A DNA stretch of 64,000 bases. It comes from the human T2T-CHM13v2.0 reference genome, Homo sapiens. Under the pieces are notes generated by a model, which worked only from the letters and a program-made list of their open reading frames with translations, made no database searches and was not told the origin of the DNA. Shown piece by piece: positions 14,086-26,200 of this stretch. A program made the translations under genes and the position numbers. The number at the start of each line of letters is the position of its first letter. Position 1 is the stretch's first letter. The stretch lies in assembly GCF_009914755.1 (NCBI RefSeq), contig NC_060933.1, one strand, 5' to 3'.

Positions 14086-16709
14086 CATGGAATGGAATGG
14101 AATGGAATGGAATGGAGTGGAACGGAACGGAATGGAATGGAATGGAATGGAATCAACGCGAGTGCAGCGGAATGGAATGGAATGGAATGCAATGGAATGG
14201 AATCTTCCGGAATGGAATGGAATGGAATGGAATGAAAGGCGATGGATTCAACTCGATTGCAATGGAATGGAATAGAATGGAATGGAATGGAATGGAATGG
14301 AATGGAATGGAATTGAATGTAATGGAATGCCTTCAAACCGAATGGAATGGAAAGTAATGGAATCAACACGAGTAGAAAGGAATGGAATGGAAAGGAATGG
14401 AATGGAATGGAATGCAACGGAATAGAACGGAATGGAACGAACTGGAATGGAATGGAATGGAATGGAATGGAATGGAATGGAATGGAATGGAATGGAATGG
14501 AATCGTTCCGAGTGGAATAGGAGGGAATGTATTCGAGTGGAATGGAAAGGAATGGAATCAACCAGAGTGGAATGGAAGGGAATGGAATGGAATGGAAACT
14601 AATAGAATGGAATCAACCCGAGTGGAATGGAATGGAAAGGACTGGAATGGAATGGAATGGAATGGAATCAACTCGATTGTAATGGAATGGAATGGAATGG
14701 AATGGAATGGAATGGAATGGAATTAACCCGAATACAATGGAATGGAATGGAATGGAACGGAATGGAGTGGAATGGAATAGAATCAACCCGAGTGCAGGGG
14801 AATGGAATGGAATGGAATGCAATGGAATGCAATCATCCGGAATGGAATGGAATGGAATGGAATGCAAAGCAATGGAATCAACTCGATTGCAATGGAATGG
14901 AATGGAATGGAAAGGAATACATTGGAATCAACCCGAGTGGAATGGAATGGAAAGGACTGGAATGGAGTGCAATGGAATGGAATGGAATGGAATGGAATAA
15001 ACTCGATTGGAATGGAATGGAATGGAATGGAATGGAATGGAATGGAATGGAATGGAATTAACCCGAATAGAATGGAATGGAATGGAATGGAACGGAACGG
15101 AACGGAACGGAACGGAATGGAATGGAATGGAATGGAATGGAATGGAATGGAATGCAATGGAATGGAATCAACCCGAGTGCAATCGAATGGATTCGAATGG
15201 AATGGAATGCAATGGAATGGATTCAACTTGAATGGAATGGAAAGAATGGAATCAACACGAGTGGAATGGCATGGATTGGAATGCAATGGAATGGAATCAA
15301 CCCGAGTACAGGGGAATGGAATGGAATGGAATGCAATGGAATGGAATCATCCGTAATGGAATGGAAAGGAATGGAATAGAATGGAATGGAATGGAATGGA
15401 ATGGAATGGAATGGAATGGAATCAACTCGATTTCAATCGAATGGAATGGAATGGAATTAACCCGAATAGAATGGAATGGAATGGAATGGAATGGAACGGA
15501 ACGGAAAGGAATGGAATAGAATGGAATGGAATGGAATGGAATGGAATGGAATCAACCCGAGTACAATGGAATGGAATGGAATGGAATGGAATGGAATGGA
15601 ATGGAATGGAATGGAATGGAATGATACGGAATAGAATGGAATGGACCGAAATGGAATGGAATGGAATGGAATGGAATGGAATGGAATGGAATGGTTCCGA
15701 GTGGAATAGGAGGGAATGTATTCGAGTGGAATGGAAAGGAATGGAATCAACCAGAGTGGAATGGAAGGGAATGGAATGGAATGGAAACTAATAGAATGGA
15801 ATCAACCCGAGTGGAATGGAATGGAAAGGACTGGAATTGAATGGAATGGAATGGAATCAACTCGATTGTAATGGAATGGAATGGAATGGAATGGAATGGA
15901 ATGGAATTAACCCGAATACAATGGAATGGAATGGAATGGAATGAAATGGAGTGGAATGGAGTGGAATCAACCCGAGTGCAGGGGAATGGAATGGAATGGA
16001 ATGCAATGGAATGCAATCATCCGGAATGGAATGGAATGGAATGGAATGCAAAGCAATGGAATCAACTCGATTGCAATGGAATGGAATGGAATGGAAAGGA
16101 ATACATTGGAATCAAGCCGAGTGGAATGGAATGGAAAGGACTGGAATGGAGTGGAATGGAATGGAATGGACTGGAATGGAATGGAATGGAATCAACTCGA
16201 TTGGAATGGAATGGAATGGAATGGAATGGAATTAACCCGAATAGAATGGAATGGAATGGAATGGAACGGAACGGAACGGAACGGAACGGAATGGAATGGA
16301 ATGGAATGGAACGGAACGGAACGGAATGGAATGGAATGGAATGGAATGGAAAGGAATCAACGTGAGTGCAGGGGAATGGAATGGAATGGAATGAAATGGA
16401 ATGGAATCTTCCGGAATGAAATGGAATGGAATGGATTAGAATGGAATGGAATGGAATGGAATGGAATCAACCCGAGTGCAATCGAATGGAATCGAATGGA
16501 ATGGAATGCAATGGAATGGATTCAACTTGAATGGAATGGAAAGAATGGAATCAACACGAGTGGAATGGCATGGATTGGAATGGAATGGAATGGAATCAAC
16601 CCGAGTACAGGGGAATGGAATGGAATGTAATGCAATGGAATGGAATCATCCGTAATGGAATGCAACGGAATGGAATGGAATGGAATGGAATGGAATGGAA
16701 TGTAATGGA

Positions 16710-18560
16710 ATGCAATGGATTCAACTCGATTGCAATGAAATGGAATAGAATGTAATGGAATGGAATGGAATGGAATGGAATGGAATGGAATGGAATTAAC
16801 CCGAATAGAATGGAATGGAATGGTATGGAACGGAACGGAACGGAACGGAACCGAATGGAATGGAATGGAATGGAATGGAATGGAATGGAATTGTATGGAA
16901 TGGAATGGAATGGTACAGAATAGAATGGAATGGAAAGAATTGGAATGGAATGAATCGAATGGAATCGAATCGAATGGAATGGAATGGAATGGAATGGAAT
17001 GGAATGGAATGGAATGGAATGGAATGGAACCAACCCGAGGGCAATGGAATGGATTGGAATGGAATGGAATGGAATGGAACAACCCGAATGGAATGGAATG
17101 TAATGGAGAGTAAGGGAGTTGAATAGAATCAATCCGAATGTAATGGAATGGAATGGAACGGAATGGAACGGAATGGAATGGAATGGAATGCAATGGAATG
17201 GAATGAACCCGAGTACAATGGAATGGAATGGAATGGAATGGAATGGAATGGAATGGAATGGAATGGAATGGAATCAACCCGAGTGCAATGGAATAGAGAG
17301 GAAAGGAATGGAATGGAATGGAAACTACCCGAATGGAATGGAATGTAATGAAGTGTAAGGGAATTGAATAGAATCAATCCGAATGGAATGGAATGTAATG
17401 GAACGGAATGTAATGTAATGGACTGGAATGGAATCAACCCGAGTGCAGGGGAATGGAATGGGATGTAATGCAATGGAATGGAATCATCCGGAATGGAATG
17501 GAATGGAATGGAATGGAATCAACCCGAGTGCAAAGGAATGGAGTGAAATGGAATGGAATGGAATGGAAACAACCAGAATGGATTGGAATATAATGGAGTG
17601 TAAGGGAATTGAATAGAATCAATCTGAATGTAATGAAATGGAATGGAACGGAAAGGAATGGAATGGAATGGAATGGAATGGAATGCAATGGAATGGAATC
17701 AACCCGAGTGCATTCCATTGCATTCTGGTTGTTTCCATTCCATTCCATTCCATTTCAGTCCATTCCATTGCACTCAGGTTGATTCCATTCCATTCCATTC
17801 CATTGCATTCCATTCCATTCCATTCCGGATGATTCCATTCCATTGCATTCCATTCCATTCCATTCTCCTGCACTCGGGTTGATTCCATTCCATTCCATTA
17901 CATTACATTCCGTTCCATTCCATTCCATTCCTTTCGGATTGATTCTATTCAATTCCCTTACACTCCATTACATTCCATTCCATTCGGGTAGTTTCCATTC
18001 CATTCCATTCCATTCCTCTCCATTCCATTGCACTCGGGTTGATTCCATTCCATTCCATTCCATTCCATTCCATTCCATTCCATTCCATTCCATTACATTA
18101 CATTACATTCCGTTCCATTGTACTCGGGTTGATTCCATTCCGTTGCATTCCATTCCATTCCATTCCATTCCATTCCGTTCCATTCCATTACATTCGCATT
18201 GATTCTATTGAACTCCCTTACTATCCATTACATTCCATTCCATTCGGGTTGTTCTATTCCATTCCATTCCGTTCCACTCCATTCCATTGCACTCCGGTTG
18301 ATTCCATTCCATTCCATTCCATTCCATTCCATTCGATTCCATTCCATTCCAATTCTTTCCATTCCATTCTATTCCGTACCATTCCATTCCATTCCATACA
18401 ATTCCATTCCATTCCATTCCACTCCGTTCCGTTCCGTTCCGTTCCGTTCCGTTCCATTCCATTCCATTCCATTCTATTCGGTTTAATTCCATTCCATTCC
18501 ATTCCATTCCATTCTATTCCATTCCATTGCAATCGAGTTGAATCCATTGCATTCCATTCC
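16710..18560. repeat. Imperfect inverted repeat centred on the junction (arms ~16710-17580 and ~17721-18560, spacer ~140 bp)
   Basis: The reverse complement of 17721 onward reproduces, in order, GGAAACAACCAGAATG (ends 17580), the CATCCGG module, GGAACGGAATGTAATGTAATG, the GTGTAAGGGAATTG landmark, GAGTACAATG, the GAGTAAGGGAGTT landmark, GGAAAGAATTGG, TTGTATGG and GGATTCAACTCGATTGC. Confidence 0.8.
17701..17730. other. Strand-switch (inversion) junction within the satellite array
   Basis: The sequence reads ...gaatcAACCCGAGTGCA|TTCCATTGCATTCTGGTTG.... Purine-rich pentamers change to pyrimidine-rich pentamers at the palindromic TGCA (17709-17712), with no intervening non-satellite DNA. Confidence 0.95.
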
Positions 18561-18580
18561 ATTCCATTCAATTCCATTCC

Positions 18581-18595
18581 ATTCCGGAAGATTCC
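18581..18595. promoter_or_regulatory. Perfect three-unit heat-shock element consensus (aTTCc gGAAg aTTCc), right-arm representative
   Basis: ATTCCGGAAGATTCC; further copies at 21589, 22138, 22433, 25755, 27122, 28469, 29293 and onward to ~62120. Confidence 0.55.
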
Positions 18596-20249
18596 ATTCC
18601 ATTGCATTCCATTCCATTCCATTCCATTCCATTCCATTCCATTCCATTCCGTTCCATTCCATTGTACTCGGGTTGATTCCATTCCATTGCATTCCATTCC
18701 ATTCCATTCCATTCCATTCCGTTCCATTCCATTCCATTACATTCGGATTGATTCTTTTCAACTCCCTTACTCTCCATTCCATTCCATTCCATTCGGGTTG
18801 TTCCATTCCATTCCATTCCATTCCACTCCATTCCATTGCACTCGGGTTGATTCCATTCCATTCCATTCCATTCCATTCCGGATGATTCCATTCCATTGCA
18901 TTCCGTTCCATTACGTTCCCGTGCACTCGGGTTGATTCCATTCCATTACTTTCCATTCCATTCCATTCCATTCCATTCCATTCCATTCCCCTGCACTCGC
19001 GTTGATTCCATTCCATTCCATTCCATTCCATTCCTTTCCATTCCAGTCCTTTCCATTCCATTCCATTCGGGTTGATTCCATTCTATTAGTTTCCATTCCA
19101 TTCCATTCCCTTCCATTCTACTCTGGTTGATTCCATTCCTTTCCATTCCACTCGAATACATTCCCTCCTATTCCACTCGGAACGATTCCATTCCATTCCA
19201 TTCGATTCCATTCCATTCCATTCCATTCCATTCCATTTCGTTCCATTCCATTCTATTCCGTATCATTCCATTCCGTTCCATTCCATTCCATTCGTGTTGA
19301 TTCCATTCCTTTCCATTCCATTCGGTTTGAAGGCATTCCAATCAATTCCATTCCCTTCCATTCCATTCCATTCCATTCCATTCCATTCCATTCCATTCCA
19401 TTGTACTCGGGTTGATTCCATTCCATTGCATTCCATTCCATTCCATTCCATTCCATTCCATTCCATTCCGTTGCATTCTGTTCCATTACATTCAGATTGA
19501 TTCTATTCAACTCCCTTACTCTCCATTACATTCCATTCCATTCGCGTTGTTCCATTCCATTCCATTCCATTCCACTCCATTCCATTGCACTCGGGTTGAT
19601 TCCATTCCATTCCATTCCATTCCATTCCATTCCATTCCATTCCATTCCATTCCGGATGATTCCATTCCATTGCATTCCGTTCCATTACATTCCCCTGCAC
19701 TCGCGTTGATTCCATTCCATTCCATTCCATTCCATTCCATTCCATTACATTACATTACATTCCGTTCCATTGTACTCGGGTTGATTCCATTCCATTGCAT
19801 TCCATTCCATTCCATTCCGTTCCATTCCGTTCCATTCCATTCCATTCCATTCCATTCCGTTCCGTTCCATTCCATTCCATTCCATTCTATTCGGGTTAAT
19901 TCCATTCCATTCCATTCGATTGCAATCGAGTTGATTCCATTCCATTCCATTCCATTCCATTCCATTCCATTCCATTCCTTTCCATTCCGTTACGGATGAT
20001 TCCAATCCATTGCATTCCATTCCATTCCATTCCCCTGTACTCGGGTTGATTCCATTCCATTCCATTCCAATCCATGCCATTCCACTCGTGTTGATTCCAT
20101 TCTTTCCATTCCATTCAAGTTGAATCCATTCCATTGCATTCCATTCCATTCGATTCCATTCGATTGCACTCGGGTTGATTCCATTCCATTGCATTCCATT
20201 CCATTCCATTCCATTCCATTCCATTCCATTCCGTTCCTTTCCATTCCAT

Positions 20250-23200
20250 TACATTCGGATTGATTCTATTCAACTCCCTTACTCTCCATTACATTCCATT
20301 CCATTCGGGTAGTTTCCATTCCATTCCATTCCATTCCTCTCCATTCCATTGCACTCGGGTTGATTCCATTCCATTGCATTCCATTCCATTCCATTCCATT
20401 CCATTCAATTCCATTCCGTTCCTTTCCATTCCATTACATTCGGATTGATTCTATTCAACTCCCTTACTCTCCATTACATTCCATTCCATTCGGGTTGTTC
20501 CATTCCATTCCATTCCATTCCACTCCATTCCATTGCACTCGGGTTTATTCTATTCCATTCCATTCCATTCGGGAAGATTCCATTCCATTGCATTCCATTC
20601 CATTCCATTCCCCTGCAGTCGCGTAGATTCCATTCCATTCCATTCTATTCCATTCCATTCCCTTCCTTTCGTTCCATTCTATTCCATTCCATTCCATTCC
20701 ATTCCATTCCGTTCCGTTCCATTCCATTGCATTCCATTCTATTCGGTTAATTCCATTCCATTCCATTCGATTGCAATCGAGTTGATTCCATTCCATTCCA
20801 TTCCATTCCGTTCCATTCCATTCCTTTCCATTCCATTACGGATGATTCCATTCCATTGCATTCCATTCCATTCCATTCCCCTGTACTCGGGTTGATTCCA
20901 TTCCATTCCATTCCAATCCATGCCATTCCACTCGTGTTGATTCCATTCTTTCCATTCCATTCAAGTTGAATCCATTCCATTGCATTCCATTCCATTCGAT
21001 TCCATTCGATTGCACTCGGGTTGATTCCATTCCATTGCATTCCATTCCATTCCATTCCATTCCATTCCGTTCCATTCCATTTCATTACATTCAGATTGAT
21101 TCTATTCAATTCCCTTACACTCCATTATATTCCAATCCATTCTGGTTGTTTCCATTCCATTCCATTCCATTTCACTCCATTCCATTGCACTCGGGTTGAT
21201 TCCATTCCATTCCATTCCATTGCATTCCATTCCATTCCATTCCGGATGATTTCATTCCATTGCATTCCGTTCCATTACATTCCCCTGCACTCGGGTTAAT
21301 TCCATTCCATTCCATTCCATTCCATTCGATTCCATTCCATTCCAATTCTTTCCATTCCATTCTATTCCATACCATTCCATTCCATTCCATACAATTCCAT
21401 TCCATTCCATTACATTCCATTCCATTCCATTCAGTTCCGTTCCGTTCCGTTCCGTTCCGTTCCATTCCATTCCATTCCATTTTATTCCGGTTAATTCCAT
21501 TCCATTCCATTCCATTCCATTCTATTCCATTCCATTGCAATCGAGTTGAATCCATTGCATTCCATTCCATTCCATTCCATTACATTACATTCCGGAAGAT
21601 TCCATTCCATTGCGTTCCATTCCATTCCATTCCCCTGTACTCGGGTTGATTCCATTCCATTGCATTCCATTCCATTCCATTCCATTCCATTCCGTTCCAT
21701 TCCATTCCATTACATTCGGATTGATTGTATTCAACTCCCTTACTCTCCATTACATTCCATTCCATTCGGGTTGTTCCATTCCATTCCATTCCATTCCACT
21801 CCATTCCATTGCACTGGGGTTGATTCCATTCCATTCCATTCCATTCCATTCCATTCGATTCCATTCCATTCCAATTCATTCCATTCCATTCTATTCCATA
21901 CCATTCCATTCACTTCCATTCCATTCCATTCCATTCCATTCCGTTCCTTTCCTTTCCGTTCCGTTCCGTTCCGTTCCGTTCCATTCCATTCCATTCCATT
22001 TTATTCGGGTTAATTCCATTCCATTCCATTCCATTCCATTCCATTCCATTCTATTCCATTCCATTGCAATCGAGTTGAATCCATTGCATTCCATTCCATT
22101 CCATTCCACTCCATTCCATTCCATTCCATACCATTCCATTCCGGAAGATTCCATTCCATTGCGTTCCATTCCATTCCATTCCCCTACACTCGCGTTGATT
22201 CCATTCCATTCCATTCCATTCCATTCCATTCCATTCCGTTCCGTTCCATTGCATTCCATTCCATTCCATTCCATTCCATTCCATTCCGTTCCGTTCCGTT
22301 CCATTCCATTCCATTCCATTCTATTCGCGTTAATTCCATTCCATTCCATTCGATTGTAATCCAGTTGATTCCATTCAATTCCATTCCATTCCATTCCATT
22401 CCATTCCATTCCATTCCATTCCATACAATTCCATTCCGGAAGATTCCATTCCATTGCGTTCCATTCCATTCCATTCCATTCCCCTACACTCGCGTTGATT
22501 CCAATCCATTCCATTCCATTCCATTCCATTCCATTCCATTCCATTCCATTCCATTCCATTCCGTTCCGTTCCATTGCATTCCATTCCATTCCATTCCATT
22601 CCATTCCGTTCCGTTCCGTTCCATTCCATTCCATTCCATTCCATTCTATTTGCGTTAATTCCATTCCATTCCATTCGATTGTAATCGAGTTGATTCCATT
22701 CAATTCCATTCCATTCCATTCCATTCCATTCCATTCTATTCCATTCCTTTCCATTCCATTCCATTCCATTCCATTCCTTTCCATTCCATTACGGATGATT
22801 CCATTCCATTGCATTCCATTCCATTCCATTCCCCTGTACTCGGGTTGATTCCATTCCATTCCGTTCCAATCCATGCCATTCCACTCGTGTTGATTCCATT
22901 CTTTCCATTCCATTCAAGTTGAATCCATTCCATTGCATTCCATTGCATTCAATTCCATTCGATTGCACTCGGGTTGATTCCATTCCATTCCATTCCATTC
23001 CATTCCATTCCATTCCATTCCATTCCGTTCCATTCCATTCCATTACATTCGGATTGATTCTATTGAATTCCCTTACACTCCATTACATTCCATTCCATTC
23101 GGGTAGTTTCCCTTGCTTTCCATTCCATTCCTCTCCATTCCATTACACTCGGGTTGATTCCATTCCATTCCATTCCATTCCATTCCATTCCATTCCATTC

Positions 23201-26200
23201 CATTTCATTCCATTCCATTCCGGATGATTCCATTCCATTGAATTCCATTCCATTCCATTCCCCTGCACTTGGGTTGATTCCATTCCATTCCACACCATTC
23301 CTTCCGTTCCGTTCCGTTCCATTCCATTCCATTCCATTCTATTCGTTTTAATTCCATTCCATTCTATTCCAATCCATTCCATTGAAATCGAGTTGATTCC
23401 ATTCCATTCCATTCCATTCCATTCCATTCCATTCCATTCCATTCCGGATGATTCCATTCCATTGTATTCCTTTCCATTCCATTCCCCTGCACTCGTGTTG
23501 ATTCCATTCCATTCCATTACATTCCGTTCCATTCCATTCCATTCCATTCTATTCGGGTTATTTCCATTCCATTCCATTCCATTCCATTGCAATCGAGTTG
23601 ATTCCATTCCATTCCTTTCCATTCCATTCCATTGCCTTGCATTCCACTCGGGTTGATTCCATTCCCTTCTTTCCACTCCATTACATTCCCTTCCATTCCA
23701 CTCGGAATGATTTATTCCATTCCATTCCATTCCATTTCATTCCATTGCAATCCATTCCAATCCATTGCATTCCATTCCATTCCACTCGAGTTGATTTCAT
23801 TCCATTCCTTTCCATTCCATTCCATTCCTTTCCACTCGAGATGATTCCATTCCATGCCATTCCATTGCATTCCATTCCATGCCATTCCACTCGGGTTGAT
23901 TCCATTCTATTCCATTCTATTCCATTCCATTCCATTCCATTCCATTCCATTGCATTCCATTCCATTCCATTCCCCTGCACTCGGGTTTATTCCATTCCAT
24001 TCCATTCCATTTAATTCCATTCCATTCCATTCCATTCCATTCCAATCCGTTCCATTCCATTCCATTCTATTCCATTGCAATCGACTTGATTCCATTCCAT
24101 TCCTTTCCATTCCATTCCATTCCATTCCATTCCATTTTGTTCCAATGCATTCTATTCCGAACCATTCCATTCCAATCCATTCCATTCCATTCCATTCCAT
24201 TCCATGCCATTCCACTCGGGTTGATTCCATTCCTTTCCATTCCATTCGGGTTGAATCCATTCCACTCCATTCCATTCCATTCGAATCCATTCCATTACAC
24301 TCGGGTTGATTCCATTCCATTCCATTCCATTCGATTCCATTCCATTCCATTCCATTCCGTTCCATTCCATTTCATTACATTCAGATTGATTCTATTGAAT
24401 TCCCTTACACTCCATTATATTCCAATCCATTCTGGTTGTTTCCATTCCATTCCATTCCATTTCACTCCATTCCATTGCACTCGGTTTGATTCCATTCCAT
24501 TCCATTACATTCCATTCCGGATGATTCCATTCCATTGCATTCCATTCCATTCCATTCCCCTGCACTCAGGTTGATTCCATTCCATTCCATTCCACTCCAT
24601 TCAGTTCCGTTCCATTCCATTCTATTGCATTCCATTCTATTCGGGTTAATTCCATTCCATTCTATTCCATTCCATTGCATTCCATTCCATTGCAATGTAG
24701 TTGATTCCATTCCATTCCATTCCATTCCATTCCGGATGATTCCATTCCATTGCATTCCATTCCATTCCATTCCCCTGCACTCGTGTTGATTCCATTCCCT
24801 TCCATTCCATTCCATTCCGTTCCATTCCATTGCATTCCATTCTATTCCGGTTAATTCCATTCCATTCCATTCCATTCCATTCCATTGCAATCGAGTTGAT
24901 TCCATTCCATTCCTTTCCATTCCATTCCATTGTCTTGCATTCCAATCGGGTTGATTCCATTCCCTTCTTTCCACTCCATTACATTCCCTTCCATTCCACT
25001 CGGAATGATTGATTCCATTCCATTCCATTCCATTTCATTCCATTGCAATCCATTCCATTCCATTCCATTCCATTCCATTCCACTCGAGTTGATTTCATTC
25101 CATTCCTTTCCATTCCATTCCATTCCTTTCCACTCGAGTTGATTCCATTCCATTCCATTCCATTGCATTCCATTCCACGCCATTCCAGTCGGGTTGATTC
25201 CATTCCTTTGCATTCCATTCCATTCCATTCCATTCCATTCCATTCCATTCCATTCCGTTGCATTCCATTCCATTACATTCGGTTTGATTCTATTCAACTC
25301 CCTTACTCTCCATTACATTCCATTCCATTCGGGTTGTTCCATTCCATTCCATTCCATTCCACTCCATTCCATTGCACTCGGGTTTATTCCATTCCATTCC
25401 ATTCCATTCCATTCCATTCCATTCCGTTCCATTCCATTCCTTTATATTCGGATTCATTCTATTCAATTCCCTTACACTCCATTACATTCCATTCCATTCG
25501 GGTAGTTTCCATTCCATTCCATTCCATTCCTCTCCATTCCATTGCACTCGGGTTGATTCCATTCCATTGCATTCCATTCCATTCCATTCAATTCCATTCC
25601 GTTCCATTCCATTCCATTACATTCGGATTGATTCTATTCAACTCCCTTACTCTCCATTACATTCCATTCCATTCGGGTTGTTCCATTCCATTCCATTCCA
25701 TTCCACTCCATTCCATTGCACTCGGGTTTATTCCATTCCATTCCATTCCATTCCATTCCGGAAGATTCCATTCCATTGCATTCCATTCCATTCCATTCCC
25801 CTGCAGTCGCGTTGATTCCATTCCATTCCATTCTATTCCATTCCATTCCCTTCCTTTCCATTCTATTCTATTCCATTCCATTCCATTCCATTCCATTCCG
25901 TTCCGTTCCATTCCATTCCATTCCATTCCATTCTATTCTGTTAATTCCATTCCATTCCATTCGATTGCAATCGAGTTGATTCCATTCCATTCCATTCCAT
26001 TCCGTTTCATTCCATTCCTTTCCATTCCATTACGGATGATTCCATTCCATTGCATTCCATTCCATTCCATTCCCCTGTACTCGGGTTGATTCCATTCCAT
26101 TCCATTCCAATCCATGCCATTCCACTCGTGTTGATTCCATTCTTTCCATTCCATTCAAGTTGAATCCATTCCATTGCATTCCATTCCTTTCAATTCCATT

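Larger units (their letters stand above)
1..17712 (+). repeat. Satellite III (HSat3) array, GGAAT strand on +
   Basis: Continuous (GGAAT)n with interspersed CAACCCGAGT / CAACTCGATT / TAACCCGAAT decamers, the classical Satellite III signature. No unique sequence is present. Confidence 0.97.

Noticed and set aside
17581-17720. Mobile element or foreign insert at the inversion junction
   Set aside because: The spacer is ordinary satellite (same words as the reverse complement of ~21010-21140), with no target-site duplication, poly-A or terminal repeat.
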